A DNA stretch of 64,000 nt. Origin: Acidobacteriota bacterium. GTDB lineage: Bacteria > Acidobacteriota > UBA6911 > RPQK01 > JADFOI01. Made by a program: the position numbers and the translations under genes. Under the pieces are notes generated by a model that did no database searches, was not told the DNA's origin, and was given only the letters and a program-made list of their open reading frames with translations. The stretch lies in assembly GCA_963663035.1 (NCBI GenBank), contig OY760074.1, forward strand, positions 3,520,001 through 3,584,000, in the 5' to 3' direction. Positions 1-10,081 of this stretch are shown here, piece by piece (position 1 is the stretch's first letter; each line of letters begins with the position of its first letter).

Positions 1-370
1 GCGCCCGGAAAAGGACGCCAACAACATCCTCCGAGTCAAAGAATTGAAAGGTGCGCGAAAAATATGGATTATCGTCAAGCGCGATGTGGGTGATGATTTC
101 ATAATCCGGCGCACGAGCGTAACCTTGATGTTTAATTTCATCGACGGTTAAGTCGATAATAGCTGCCACACCACCCTCAAGGTCAAACAGTTGATCCACG
201 AGTCCGGCAGGCGCTTTAACGGCAAGGTCTTTTTCCACCAATTCTTCTTTGGTTTTTCCTAACAACACTTCCGCTTTTCTCTCGAGATTGCGTGCTTCGA
301 GCTTGATTTTCTTTGCTTTTTGAATCTTGGCCCGCAGTTTGGTCAGGAAAGGATCCTTTCCTGAATAGAG
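1..370 (-). pseudogene. Unknown protein fragment, 5' end removed by the IS3 element; runs off the window edge
   Basis: Minus frame is open from the IS boundary at 370 to position 2 (LYSGKDPFLTKLRAKIQKAKK...DVVGVLFRA) with no native start at the junction. Confidence 0.55.
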
Positions 371-399
371 TGACCTGCCCCCACGAACGAGTCCACCCT

Positions 400-1305
400 C
401 TATGCTAGACCCGGGACCATTTGAAGTCCACTCCAAGGGATTGGATCCAGTGCCTGCGACCTAGGTAGTTTGGCCTCTGGCGCCGGCGGCCGATAGGCCA
501 AGGCGCTGTGAGGCCGGATCTGATTGTAATCCCTCCGCCAGCGTTCTACCAACACCTTGGCTTCCCCCAGCGTGTCGAAGATCTCCATGTTCAGCAGCTC
601 ATCCCGTAGTTTCCCGTTGAAACTCTCAATGTACCCATTCTCCCAGGGGCTGCCCGGCTCGATGTACAAGGTCCTTACCCCAACAGCCTGCAGCCAGTCC
701 CGGACCGCCTGTGCCGTAAACTCCGATCCGTTATCGGACCGGATAAACTCAGGCACTCCCCGATCAACGAATAACTCCGCCAGCCGGTCCAACACGTCTT
801 GGTGATTCATCTGCCGTTTCACATCAATGGCGAGGCACTCTCTGGTGTACTCATCCAGGATCGTCAATAGCCGAAAGGCTCGCCCATCATGGGTCCGTTC
901 ATGCACGAAATCATAGCTCCAGACGTGGTTCTTGCGAGCCGCTCGTAACCGAACACAGGAACCGTCATTAAGCCACAGCCTCCTTCGTTTCGGCTGTCTG
1001 GACGGGACTTTCAGCCCTTCTTGTCTCCACAGCCTCTCCACCCGCTTAGGATTCACCTTCCACCCTTCCCCATGAAGTATCGCCGTGACCCGCCGGTAGC
1101 CATAACGCCCGTATTGCGTAGCCAACTCCACCATCCGGGCCACCAATCGGGCCTCATCATCGGGAATTTGCCTTTCCCTTCGCTGGGTCGATCGAACCTG
1201 TCCCAGCACTTGGCAGGCCCGACGTTCGGAGACTCGCTCTGCTCCTAATCGCTCTCGTACCCACATCACCGCTCGTCTCCTGTTCGCCGGGCCTAGAAGT
1301 TTCCC
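400..1305 (-). CDS. IS3 OrfB, DDE transposase domain (expressed as OrfAB through a -1 frameshift)
   Basis: RYGYRR, WSYDF, SDNGSEF and [10 protein letters not shown] motifs; slippery heptamer G GGA AAC at 1305-1299 just before the orfA stop. Confidence 0.92.
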   Translation of the reverse strand, partial: GKLLGPANRRRAVMWVRERLGAERVSERRACQVLGQVRSTQRRERQIPDDEARLVARMVELATQYGRYGYRRVTAILHGEGWKVNPKRVERLWRQEGLKVPSRQPKRRRLWLNDGSCVRLRAARKNHVWSYDFVHERTHDGRAFRLLTILDEYTRECLAIDVKRQMNHQDVLDRLAELFVDRGVPEFIRSDNGSEFTAQAVRDWLQAVGVRTLYIEPGSPWENGYIESFNGKLRDELLNMEIFDTLGEAKVLVERWRRDYNQIRPHSALAYRPPAPEAKLPRSQALDPIPWSGLQMVPGLA

Positions 1306-1571
1306 GAGGACACTTCCTTCAGGATCTGCTTGTCCAAAGACAGATCCGCCACCAGCTTCTCCAACCGGGTATTCTCCTTCTCCAACACCTTCAACCTCTT
1401 GGCCTGGTCCAACCGGAGCCCTCCGTACTCTTTGCGCCACCGGTAGTAGGTCTGCTCGCTCACCCCCATCTGCTTCGACACCTGTCCCACCCTCTGTCCT
1501 TGGGCCAGACCCACCTCTGCCTCACGCAGCTTCATGATGATCTGTTCTGCCCTAAACCGCTTCCCTGCCAT
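1293..1571 (-). CDS. IS3 OrfA, helix-turn-helix protein
   Basis: [19 protein letters not shown] plus leucine-zipper LEKENTRL; RBS AGGAGG upstream. Confidence 0.92.
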   Translation of the reverse strand: MAGKRFRAEQIIMKLREAEVGLAQGQRVGQVSKQMGVSEQTYYRWRKEYGGLRLDQAKRLKVLEKENTRLEKLVADLSLDKQILKEVSSGNF

Positions 1572-1637
1572 CCTTGCCTCCTTCCTAAACCGGAAATCCT
1601 AACATTCAAACTGGACTCGTTTTAGGGGGCAAGGTCA

Positions 1638-3365
1638 ACTGCCGTTGCGCTGATCGAGCCCGATCCTGGGGACTACATGATCGGGGTCATCGGCACACCG
1701 GGAGAGCCCTTCTCGCTGTCCGCGTCGGTAGCCGATTTTCTGGGCAACGTCGAGGTTCCCCGCGTGGTCGAATTCCGGGCCGATGGCATTCTGGCGCCGG
1801 GCGGCAATGCATTTGATTTCGAGATCCGCCTGCGTTCTGGCGCCCCCGGCAGCGGGGCGATGCGTGCTGGCTTCGACGAAGCGACCTTGCCCGCCAACGA
1901 CGATGGGTCGACCGGCCTGGTCCCGATCGGGTTTACGGCTGACCTCTTCGGTACGCTTTTTGACTCAGTCTTCGTCAACAACAACGGCAACCTGACACTG
2001 GATGCGCCGCTGTCGACCTTCACGCCCTTCGATCTGACCTCGACAGGACGCGAGATTATCGCCCCCTATTTTGCTGATGTCGACACGCGCGTCGGCAATG
2101 TATTGACCTTCGGCAACGGCATTGTCGGAGGTCGGCCCGCTTTTGGAGTGACGTGGCCGGGAGTCGGGTGCTTTTCCGTTACCACATCGGTGCTCAACTT
2201 CTTCCAGGTCGTGCTGATCGACCGTTCTGATCTTGGACCGGGCGATTTCGACATTGAATTCAACTTCGATTCCATCCAATGGGAGACTGGCCAGGCCAGC
2301 GGCGGCGACGTCGTTTGCCAAGGCGGGGCTTCGGCCCGAGTCGGCTTCTCGAGCGGTACCGGCGACCCTGCGACCTTCTTCGAACTACCCGGATCAGGCA
2401 TCCCCGGAGCATTTCTCGATAACAACGCCGTCACGGGACTCGCCAATAACAGCTTCAACAGCCAGCAGATGGGACGCTATTTCTTTGCGGTGCGTAACGG
2501 TATGCCTGTCACCCAGGCCGACCGAGACCGGGACGGGGTTCCCGACGAGTTGGACAACTGCCCCAACACATCCAACCCGGATCAGGCGGACGGAGAACTG
2601 AACGGGATCGGCGACGCGTGCCAGAGCCCCGATCAACTGCATGCGACTTCCGGTGTCCTGCAGGCGCTGCTGGACGGGACGACTACGGGAGAACGTCGCG
2701 GCCTGACTGTGGCAGATGAACCAGGCCTCCTCGAACGGGTTGTGCGAATAGTGGACTTTCGCCTCAGAGAGGGTCTAGCTGATTCGGCAGAACAACTTAC
2801 CGCGAACCTGGTGGGCAGTCTCGTTGAAACCGGCTTGGTATCGCCGGAAGATGCAGACCAGCTCATTAGAGACGTGCTCCAACAAATCTTGACTCCGTTC
2901 GCCGCTTTCGCCGTCGATGTCGAAATTGAGGAGGACGAATTCGAGGTCGAGGGGAGCTTCACCCTTGGCCAGAGCAGCGATGGCATCAACCCTGTGACTG
3001 AGGATGTGAGCCTTCAGGTGGGGCCCTTCACCACCACCATCCGGGCCGGTTTCTTCGAGTTGACCAACTCCGGTCCGTTCGGGGAGTTCGAGTTCGAAGG
3101 GGTCATCCAGGGCGTGGATCTGGAGATTGAGATCCGGCCGCTTTGGGGCAACAACTTTAGGTTCGAGGCCGAAGGAGAGGGGGCGGATATGTCCGGGACG
3201 GTGAACCCGGTGACCGTGGTGCTCATCGTCGGAAACGACGGTGGCGAGGTCACCGTCGAGGCCGAAATAGAGAGGGACGACGACGGTGATGATGATGATG
3301 ATGATGATGACGATGATGACGATGACGATGACGGTCCTACTATCATCACCGTTGGAAGCCGTTGA
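1638..3365 (+). CDS. Acidic surface/secreted protein with nidogen-like (NIDO) domain, thrombospondin type-3 Ca-binding repeat and poly-Asp tail; N-terminus truncated by IS3
   Basis: FVNNNGNLT, IIAPYFADVDTR and NFFQVVLIDR NIDO-type motifs; DRDRDGVPDELDNCPNTSNPDQADGELNGIGDAC TSP3 motif; frame is open from the IS end (1638) through ATG 1677. Confidence 0.7.
   Translation, partial: TAVALIEPDPGDYMIGVIGTPGEPFSLSASVADFLGNVEVPRVVEFRADGILAPGGNAFDFEIRLRSGAPGSGAMRAGFDEATLPANDDGSTGLVPIGFTADLFGTLFDSVFVNNNGNLTLDAPLSTFTPFDLTSTGREIIAPYFADVDTRVGNVLTFGNGIVGGRPAFGVTWPGVGCFSVTTSVLNFFQVVLIDRSDLGPGDFDIEFNFDSIQWETGQASGGDVVCQGGASARVGFSSGTGDPATFFELPGSGIPGAFLDNNAVTGLANNSFNSQQMGRYFFAVRNGMPVTQADRDRDGVPDELDNCPNTSNPDQADGELNGIGDACQSPDQLHATSGVLQALLDGTTTGERRGLTVADEPGLLERVVRIVDFRLREGLADSAEQLTANLVGSLVETGLVSPEDADQLIRDVLQQILTPFAAFAVDVEIEEDEFEVEGSFTLGQSSDGINPVTEDVSLQVGPFTTTIRAGFFELTNSGPFGEFEFEGVIQGVDLEIEIRPLWGNNFRFEAEGEGADMSGTVNPVTVVLIVGNDGGEVTVEAEIERDDDGDDDDDDDDDDDDDDDGPTIITVGSR
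3276..3331 (+). repeat. GAT/GAC trinucleotide tract encoding poly-Asp
   Basis: gacgacgacggtgatgatgatgatgatgatgatgacgatgatgacgatgacgatgac. Confidence 0.95.
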
Positions 3366-3814
3366 AGTCCTTGTAAGTACTCCGCGTTTAAAGGCTTTCA
3401 GCCATTTCCTAATGTCCCTGCAAATCCCTCCCGAGGGCAAGACATGGTACTGTGCGTTTTATTGAGGACTTTGATTTCCCAAGAATTTCTATGCCGCCAC
3501 TGACCCAGTGTTCTCTTAAGTTTTTAACAGTTCCCGGGTTAGAGGGCACAGTCAGTCACGGCGTGGTCTGCTCAATTCGGCTTGCATCTAAGCTCGTTCT
3601 TAGAGATGGGAATCTGACAGATATATGGGTCCATTCTAGCGAACATATTGAAGCTAGACTCGCTCGTCGGAAGCCACTCTTTCGCCCACTTGGCCGTAAA
3701 ACGCCCTTACCGGAAAGAGCGGTGACCTGGTGTGCCCTGGAACCAATATGGAACCAATTCTACCGAACCATCGTGTGCAGTAGATCTGAGGTGACGATAA
3801 CATATTGAAAAGAT

Positions 3815-3890
3815 TGGTGGAGCTGAGGGGACTCGAACCCCTGACCCCCTGAATGCCATTCAGGTACTCTTCCAACTGAGCTACAGCCCC
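3815..3890 (-). tRNA. tRNA-Ala (GGC)
   Basis: GGGGCTGTAGCTCAGTTGG...CCTGA-ATGGCAT-TCAGG...GTTCGAGTCCCCTCAGCTCCACCA cloverleaf with CCA. Confidence 0.97.
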
Positions 3891-4181
3891 ACGGTGTTCA
3901 TTTTACAATCAGTTTCACGGATTCGCTAGTCCGCCAATTGCCTTCAGCCACCTCCCGGCGTCGCATGGGACATAACTGCACTAGAGTGAGCGGCCATTCC
4001 TGTCCTGGATCGCCACCAGAAAACTCAAAGCAGATAACCCGGTTCACAAACGTCAGTCTGTCGGATTCCCTTGCTGTGATACCGGACCTGCAGGGGGATC
4101 AATGCCAAGAGCGAGAAGGCCCGCATAGGCGCGCGTTACCGGTATAAACGGGTAGAAAGGCCATGGAAAAATAATCTGGCC

Positions 4182-4403
4182 TCACCGAAACACTAACACG
4201 CAAGAAGGGGCCAGCCACAGCATATGCTCCTTTGGCCAAGCCACGAAGAGAAAGATTATAGCCAGCGCCCAGAGCGATAAACTGGCAAGGCGTTTTGGTG
4301 GACTGGGGAAGTCACCGAGTCTCATAATTCTTCGCATATTAAGGGAAGAGAATAACGCCGATATCAGAACCAGGCCCCAGCTTACCCATCCTGTTGCTTC
4401 CAC
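4182..4403 (-). CDS. Small hypothetical membrane protein, possibly a fragment
   Basis: 73 aa ORF with hydrophobic segments. Confidence 0.4.
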   Translation of the reverse strand: MEATGWVSWGLVLISALFSSLNMRRIMRLGDFPSPPKRLASLSLWALAIIFLFVAWPKEHMLWLAPSCVLVFR

Positions 4404-4416
4404 AACGTTTTACCTA

Positions 4417-4695
4417 CTAAGAGTGCTTCGCTCTCCCGTCCTGGGCACTACGACGTATCAAGAAGAGCATGGCTGACCATACACCGGAGAACCGATAAGC
4501 AGGATCGATGTACCGCTCGATAACGTAGAATGCGAAGTAATAGAGTCGAGCCGACGCCCAGACAATCACAACCAGCAGGCCAGCGGTACGCCACATCACC
4601 GCCTCTAGCAGCACCAGAGCACAAGACGACAGAAGCAGCACCAGGAACAGCGCTGCCTTGAGGTACATCCACCTGGCGCTTTTGAGATCTCGCAT
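4417..4695 (-). CDS. Small hypothetical membrane protein
   Basis: 92 aa, two TM segments, RLYYFAFYVIERYIDP motif; GAGGAG upstream. Confidence 0.65.
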   Translation of the reverse strand: MRDLKSARWMYLKAALFLVLLLSSCALVLLEAVMWRTAGLLVVIVWASARLYYFAFYVIERYIDPAYRFSGVWSAMLFLIRRSAQDGRAKHS

Positions 4696-4734
4696 GCGAT
4701 CACCAGAATCACTCCTCGCGAACGACTTTGAATC

Positions 4735-5274
4735 TTATGGGAACTTCTCAGCCAGCTCTTTTCTTTTTCCGATAATCCCGACATCCTTGAACTGGCATCG
4801 TTTGAACATGCAATCGGTGAAGGTCACCACTCCCACGAACTCGTTTCGTTTAGCTTCGATGAGAACATGCTCTGGATCCCCTACGAAGGAGGAGTCGTTT
4901 AAGACATTTCCCGACCCAAAATGGATGACAGCGGGTCCCACAAACTGACGATTTTCATAGACTTGGTCTGTTACAACTGGAGTTTCTTCAGCCAATCGGG
5001 TCAGATAAATTCTTCCAGGTCCTTGATAGCTTGCCAGCAGAATCATTCCCACGCCGATTAAGGATATGGCGAGGGTTCCCCACCCCGTATCCAGAAACTC
5101 AATCCCGGCGGACATCCATCCTTCAGTCGAGAGATCGCCCAGGCTGAACAGTTGGGCAAAAAAATTCATATCGTCCAGAAACTCGAGCAATTGATAGATC
5201 GGCTTGGCCAAAAAGACACACCAGCCAATCAGGGCAATGGGTCTGTGGAACTGTCGAGTCGAATGCCCAGCCAT
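4735..5274 (-). CDS. Hypothetical membrane-anchored protein
   Basis: 179 aa ORF with TM segment and beta-rich C-terminus. Confidence 0.5.
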   Translation of the reverse strand: MAGHSTRQFHRPIALIGWCVFLAKPIYQLLEFLDDMNFFAQLFSLGDLSTEGWMSAGIEFLDTGWGTLAISLIGVGMILLASYQGPGRIYLTRLAEETPVVTDQVYENRQFVGPAVIHFGSGNVLNDSSFVGDPEHVLIEAKRNEFVGVVTFTDCMFKRCQFKDVGIIGKRKELAEKFP

Positions 5275-5414
5275 TCTTCCATTAGAACAAACAATTTGGC
5301 TTCTCTGCCAAAAGGGAACGAGTTGCCGCTCGCAATGGAGACTATGACGGCAGTGTGGCTGGGAGTTGTTTGTGTCGGAATTTCAGCCCCAGGATGGGAC
5401 AAAGCACTGAATCA

Positions 5415-7298
5415 TCAACCGGCAATCGAGTCCACGAGTGGTTGGTTGATTTGGATCTTATTCTCTTCGTACAGCGTGCTGATGACGTTTTGCACCCAGG
5501 CCGAAAAAAAGCTGCTCCGCTTCTCGTTGGTGATCTGCAGGAGGAGCTCCTCCTTGGCCTGTTCAAATTGCTCTTCGTCGACAGTACTCTTTTCAGCCAA
5601 TTGAAAAACGACATACTTTCCGGAAACTGAGAGCGCCGGGCTCAGCTCATCTTCCTTCATGCGGAAAGCCCGGCTGAGGATCTCCGCTGCGTATCCCAGC
5701 TCATCGTTAATCGAGGCATCTCTCTTGAAAAAGTCAGTCGTGGTCACCTGCAGACTCTCCCCAGCGGCCACCTCCTCAAAGTTGGGCTCTTCCTGGAGTG
5801 CCTGGGCGAAGGCAAAGGCCCTCTCCCGCGCTATGTCCTCACCACGGCTCAACTTGAGATCTTCGGTCACCTGGTCCTGGATTGTTTCGAATTCGGATAT
5901 CGCAGACGGTTGGATCTCCGTGAGTTGGGCGACAAGGTCTGTCCCTCCCTGGTCATAGGGTCCTATGGTTTGCCCCTGGCTCAGTGCGAAAACCTGTTGA
6001 TTGAAATCATTGCGAACCCGCAAATCAGGCAGCACATCTCCCAGGCTGAAAAAAGGAGATTCTTGAATTTCCAGGTGGTATCGCTCAGCCGCCGTCTCCA
6101 GGTTTGAGTCTGTTTCTATCTCGCGGGCAACTTTGGCCGCCAGATTTTTAGCTAACTTCTCACCCTCTTCTTGCCGCAAGGCGGATTCGGCCAATGCTCG
6201 GGAATCCACCATGTTAACCTCGGTGACCTTGATAATGTGAAAACCGTAATCGGTTGTCACCAGATCACTGATCTCACCGGGTTCCAGTGAAAAGGCCGCA
6301 TTCTCGAATTCGGGAACCATGGCCCCACGTCCGAAGAAGCCGACATCTCCACCATTGACTGCCGAGGCTGGATCTTCCGAGAGCTCCTTTGCCAGTTCTG
6401 CGAAATCCGCACCGGCACGAAGTTGCTCGAGGATTTCTTCCCCTCTCTCCCGGGCATCTGAGCTGGGAAGAGTCAGGAGGATATGACTGGCACGAACTTC
6501 CTGTTTTTCAGCAATGGAGGCCATGCGGATCTGAATCTGCTCTTCGGTCAGTTCCACCTCCTCAAGCTGGACTGGAAAAACGACGTATTTCACCTTTCTG
6601 AGCTCGGGAGTCCTGTAGCTCTCCTTCTGTTCTTCGAAATAAGCTCTCACATCCTCCAGTTCGACTGTCTCTGGAGCCACTGTCTCCGGGTCAATCGCGG
6701 CGTAGCGGATTTTGATTTCCTCATTGCGGTCTAGAAACTCTTGTCGCACTTCTTCGGGCGTAGCATTGATCCCGTCCGTGATCACTCTCACCAGTTTGTT
6801 GCCAATGATTTCTCGCCTCATATCATCTTCGAATTCCGCTGGTGTCAAGTTATTGGCTTGTAAGAGTTGAAGGTAGAGCTCCGTACCGATGAACTGACCG
6901 TTTTGTTGAAAGGTGGGAAGATTGGTGATGGACTCACGAATTTCCTCTGGAGTGGCTTCGATTCCCAGGGTCTCAGCGCCATATTGGATCGCGTAGTCGC
7001 TTATGAGCTGATCCAGTGCTTGCTGTCCCAGGCCAAGCTCTCTGATGGCCTCAGGATCTCCTTGAAGTAGCGGTATGATTTGTCCATAGCTGTCGTAAAC
7101 CTGGTTGTAAAGTCGTCGGAACTGGTTCGTGGTGATGGGGCGTCCTGCGACGACTGCTACATCACGGTTGCCGATACCAACTCCCACCCCTCCTGGAGTT
7201 TGAACAAAGAGAAAGAGCATACTCCCACCAAGAGCGACGATCACGAGCCAGAGGAGCCACTTTAAGCCCGCCTTTTTTTGTCGAAACAGATCCAGCAT
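5415..7298 (-). CDS. SurA N-terminal domain / PpiD-like parvulin peptidyl-prolyl isomerase
   Basis: N-terminal TM anchor; VRASHIL, GGDVGFF, MVPEFENAAF and YGFHIIKV rotamase motifs; likely start MLDLFRQ at 7298. Confidence 0.9.
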   Translation of the reverse strand: MLDLFRQKKAGLKWLLWLVIVALGGSMLFLFVQTPGGVGVGIGNRDVAVVAGRPITTNQFRRLYNQVYDSYGQIIPLLQGDPEAIRELGLGQQALDQLISDYAIQYGAETLGIEATPEEIRESITNLPTFQQNGQFIGTELYLQLLQANNLTPAEFEDDMRREIIGNKLVRVITDGINATPEEVRQEFLDRNEEIKIRYAAIDPETVAPETVELEDVRAYFEEQKESYRTPELRKVKYVVFPVQLEEVELTEEQIQIRMASIAEKQEVRASHILLTLPSSDARERGEEILEQLRAGADFAELAKELSEDPASAVNGGDVGFFGRGAMVPEFENAAFSLEPGEISDLVTTDYGFHIIKVTEVNMVDSRALAESALRQEEGEKLAKNLAAKVAREIETDSNLETAAERYHLEIQESPFFSLGDVLPDLRVRNDFNQQVFALSQGQTIGPYDQGGTDLVAQLTEIQPSAISEFETIQDQVTEDLKLSRGEDIARERAFAFAQALQEEPNFEEVAAGESLQVTTTDFFKRDASINDELGYAAEILSRAFRMKEDELSPALSVSGKYVVFQLAEKSTVDEEQFEQAKEELLLQITNEKRSSFFSAWVQNVISTLYEENKIQINQPLVDSIAG

Positions 7299-7342
7299 GA
7301 GTCTTTTCCTTATTCGGAGAAGCAATCAATATAACACAGTAT

Positions 7343-7484
7343 GGGGTGCTGCGGCCGGTCCTGAGCAGGCTGGTTGGCGGGTTCACTGGTGGCGTGCCTT
7401 TGTGACGATGATCACTTGCGAGCCTTCCCAACCCGTATACACTTCATCTGCGAAGGTTCAGGACAGGACTACGGCAGTGCTTTT
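7343..7484 (+). ncRNA. ssrS: Probable 6S RNA
   Basis: Long irregular hairpin with central bubble: GTCCTGAGC(7358-66)/GTTCAGGAC(7456-64), CGGGTT/AACCCG, GTGA/TCAC; G-U pairs favour the + strand; GCGGCCGGTCCTGAGC and GGTTCAGG resemble conserved 6S segments; TATAAC at 7330-7335. Confidence 0.72.
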
Positions 7485-7729
7485 GTCGTGAGGGAGTCGA
7501 GAAGAGAGCAGAAAGCGCTTTAACTTTTCTCGGTCAACAGGCTGTGCTCACTTTGATCTTGCTCCAAACAGAAGGAGAGAGGATAATAGCGTCTGGGTTT
7601 TCAAGGACCAACGGGGAAGAGAAGTGTCTCTATCTCGAGAGTCTGTAGCGGCTTGAGAAGTGATGGGATCTCAAATCGCCCAAGTAAGGAACCTCCTGTC
7701 ATGAAACTGTGCCATACTGAAAAGCGATA

Positions 7730-8758
7730 ATGTTCAACCTCCGCTCAATCTTCAGTTATTTTTCAGATGATCTCGCCATCGACTTGGGTACCGCCAATAC
7801 CCTGGTTTATGCCCGAGGGCAGGGAATCGTTGTTAACGAACCTTCCATTGTCGCGATCAATAAGTTGAGCAACAAGATCGAGGCGATCGGGCATGAGGCC
7901 AAGGACATGCTGGGCCGAACACCGGGCAATATTGTTGCCATCAAGCCCATGAAGGATGGAGTGATAGCGGATTTCGATATCACCGAAGAGATGCTGAAAT
8001 ACTTCATCAAAAGAGCTCATAATCGGAATCACTTACTGAGTCCCAGAATCGTCATTTGTATTCCTTCCGAGATCACTCAGGTCGAGAAAAGGGCGGTCAG
8101 AGAGTCGGCTCTCAGGGCCAATGCCAGCGAGGTCTATCTGCTGGAAGAGGCAATGGCTGCTGCCATTGGCGCTGGACTTCCCATTACCGAACCGGGGGGG
8201 AACTTGATCGTGGACATCGGAGGAGGAACCACCGATATCGCTGTCATCAGTCTGTCCGGCCAGGTTTACAGCCGTTCAGTCCGGGTTGCGGGAAATGAAA
8301 TGGATGAGTCCATCATCCAGTACATCAAAAGAAAGCACAATTTGCTGATCGGGGAACGCACGGCTGAGCAGGTGAAAATCCAGATTGGTTCGGCTGCACC
8401 ACTGGATGAAAAGCTGACCATGGAAATCAAGGGGCGCGATCTAATCGAAGGGATCCCCAAGACCATTGTCATCACAGATGAAGAAGTGTGCGAGGCCTTG
8501 TCCGATACCATGGACATCATCGTGAATGCCGTGCGGGTGGCCTTGGAACGGACACCTCCCGAACTCTCCGCCGACATTGTGGATAAGGGTGTGGTCGTGA
8601 CCGGAGGCGGAGCCCTTCTCAAGAACCTGGATGTGAGAATGAAGAATGAAACAGGACTTCCCATCTTTTTAGCGGAAGATCCTCTTTCCTCGGCAGTCCT
8701 GGGAACGGGCAAGATGTTGGACGACATCCCACTTCTGAAAAGAATCAGCATGCAATGA
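7730..8758 (+). CDS. mreB: Rod shape-determining protein MreB
   Basis: AIDLGTANT and IVDIGGGTTD actin-like ATPase motifs. Confidence 0.98.
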   Translation: MFNLRSIFSYFSDDLAIDLGTANTLVYARGQGIVVNEPSIVAINKLSNKIEAIGHEAKDMLGRTPGNIVAIKPMKDGVIADFDITEEMLKYFIKRAHNRNHLLSPRIVICIPSEITQVEKRAVRESALRANASEVYLLEEAMAAAIGAGLPITEPGGNLIVDIGGGTTDIAVISLSGQVYSRSVRVAGNEMDESIIQYIKRKHNLLIGERTAEQVKIQIGSAAPLDEKLTMEIKGRDLIEGIPKTIVITDEEVCEALSDTMDIIVNAVRVALERTPPELSADIVDKGVVVTGGGALLKNLDVRMKNETGLPIFLAEDPLSSAVLGTGKMLDDIPLLKRISMQ

Positions 8759-9579
8759 TCGAACTGCTTCAGCGCAAATCCCTGGTTCCATTAGCTTTGC
8801 TGCTGTTGACAAATATCTTGCTTCTCTCTGTGCAAGTGCGGAATGAGGAAGGCCGCCTGTTGATCCGATCCTGGAGTCTTGTGCTTTTCACTCCCGTCGC
8901 CTCCAGCCTGCACTTCCTGGTGGACGGAGTCACACAGGGATTAAACCGATATGTCTTCCTGTACGGGGCACAGGAGGAAAATCTCCAACTTCGGGCAGAA
9001 AACGCGCACTTGGGGGTTGAGTTGACCCAGCTGCGAGGAATCCAGTCCTTGCTATCGATCCGGGAAGATGGTCCTCTGTTCCAGGACCAGTTCCTCTTTG
9101 AGACGGTTTCAGTACCAGTCATCTGGAAAAGCCCTCCCTTTTATACCCACCGGCTGGTCATCAATGCTGGCACTCGACAGGGTATACAGAAAGATGACGC
9201 TGTGATTACCCCCAGGGGAATCGTCGGCAGAGTCTGGGCCACGACTCCCTTTACCGCTGAGGTGGAGTTGATTACCAACGACGGCGCTGCGGCCGGTGCC
9301 ATGCTGGAGGACTCGCGCTTGCAAGGGGTGGTGCAGGGTGACGGGTCAGTCATCTTGCAATGGGATTTTATTCCCAACTACGAGTCGGTGGAGGTGGGAG
9401 ACATTGTCTACACCTCCGGCACCGATCGAATGTACCCCAAGGGCTTTCCCATTGGCCAGGTGGTGGCCTCCCAGAAGAAAGGAACTGTTTATCGGGATAT
9501 CCAGGTTGAGCCCTTCGTTGATTATCTCAGGCTGGAAGAGATAATGGTTGTAGTATCGAAGGGAGAGGGGATTGAATGA
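8755..9579 (+). CDS. mreC: Rod shape-determining protein MreC
   Basis: TM plus coiled coil; GIVGRV and TSG..MYPKGFPIG motifs; operon position. Confidence 0.95.
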   Translation: MIELLQRKSLVPLALLLLTNILLLSVQVRNEEGRLLIRSWSLVLFTPVASSLHFLVDGVTQGLNRYVFLYGAQEENLQLRAENAHLGVELTQLRGIQSLLSIREDGPLFQDQFLFETVSVPVIWKSPPFYTHRLVINAGTRQGIQKDDAVITPRGIVGRVWATTPFTAEVELITNDGAAAGAMLEDSRLQGVVQGDGSVILQWDFIPNYESVEVGDIVYTSGTDRMYPKGFPIGQVVASQKKGTVYRDIQVEPFVDYLRLEEIMVVVSKGEGIE

Positions 9580-10072
9580 GACTATCCGTAACACGGAAGT
9601 GGCGCTTCTTTTGGCTGCCACGGCAGTGGCGGAGATTGTCTTTGCGAACTACTTCCCGGCAGCTCTTTACCTGGACATATCGCTGGTTCTTGCACTCTAT
9701 ATCGGCTGGAATTCTACACCCGTAAAGGGGGCAGTGCGCGGATTTACATTTGGGCTGCTGAAAGATGCGATCTCAGGAATCTATTTGGGGCTCAACGGCC
9801 TGAGCAAAACCCTGATGGGTTTTGGAGGGTCTTACCTGAGCAAGTGGTTGTTGTTGGAAGGCTTCCCTGCTCGGTGTGTTCTCATTGGGCTTCTTTCCGC
9901 ACTGGACGATGGGATCGTGGTGGGGATGGGAGCTCTGCTGGGACAGACCATCCAACGAGAGATTTGGCTGAGGACCCTGATTCAAGCCCCCATCACCGGA
10001 GTTGCAGGAGGGGTCGTTTTCCATGTCTATGATCGGTTCAAGTTTTCCGAAAAGGACTTTCGACGATTGTAG
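9572..10072 (+). CDS. mreD: Rod shape-determining protein MreD
   Basis: Polytopic 166 aa with GLLKD..SG..LGLNGLSK; lies between mreC and mrdA. Confidence 0.88.
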   Translation: MNETIRNTEVALLLAATAVAEIVFANYFPAALYLDISLVLALYIGWNSTPVKGAVRGFTFGLLKDAISGIYLGLNGLSKTLMGFGGSYLSKWLLLEGFPARCVLIGLLSALDDGIVVGMGALLGQTIQREIWLRTLIQAPITGVAGGVVFHVYDRFKFSEKDFRRL

Positions 10073-10081
10073 GGTGTACTG

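Larger units (their letters stand above)
371..1637 (-). mobile_element. IS3-family insertion sequence (IS407-like), copy 1, 1267 bp
   Basis: Terminal inverted repeats TGACCTGCCCCCACGAACGAGTCCA and TGGACTCGTTTTAGGGGGCAAGGTCA; orfA plus orfB; near-identical to 57275-58541; no target duplication. Confidence 0.95.

Noticed and set aside
400-1440. 346 aa stand-alone IS OrfB
   Set aside because: The upstream extension is stopped in copy 2; the GGGAAAC frameshift explains expression.
7343-7484. SRP 4.5S RNA or riboswitch
   Set aside because: No SRP domain IV GNRA-loop motif and no recognisable aptamer; the fold fits 6S better.
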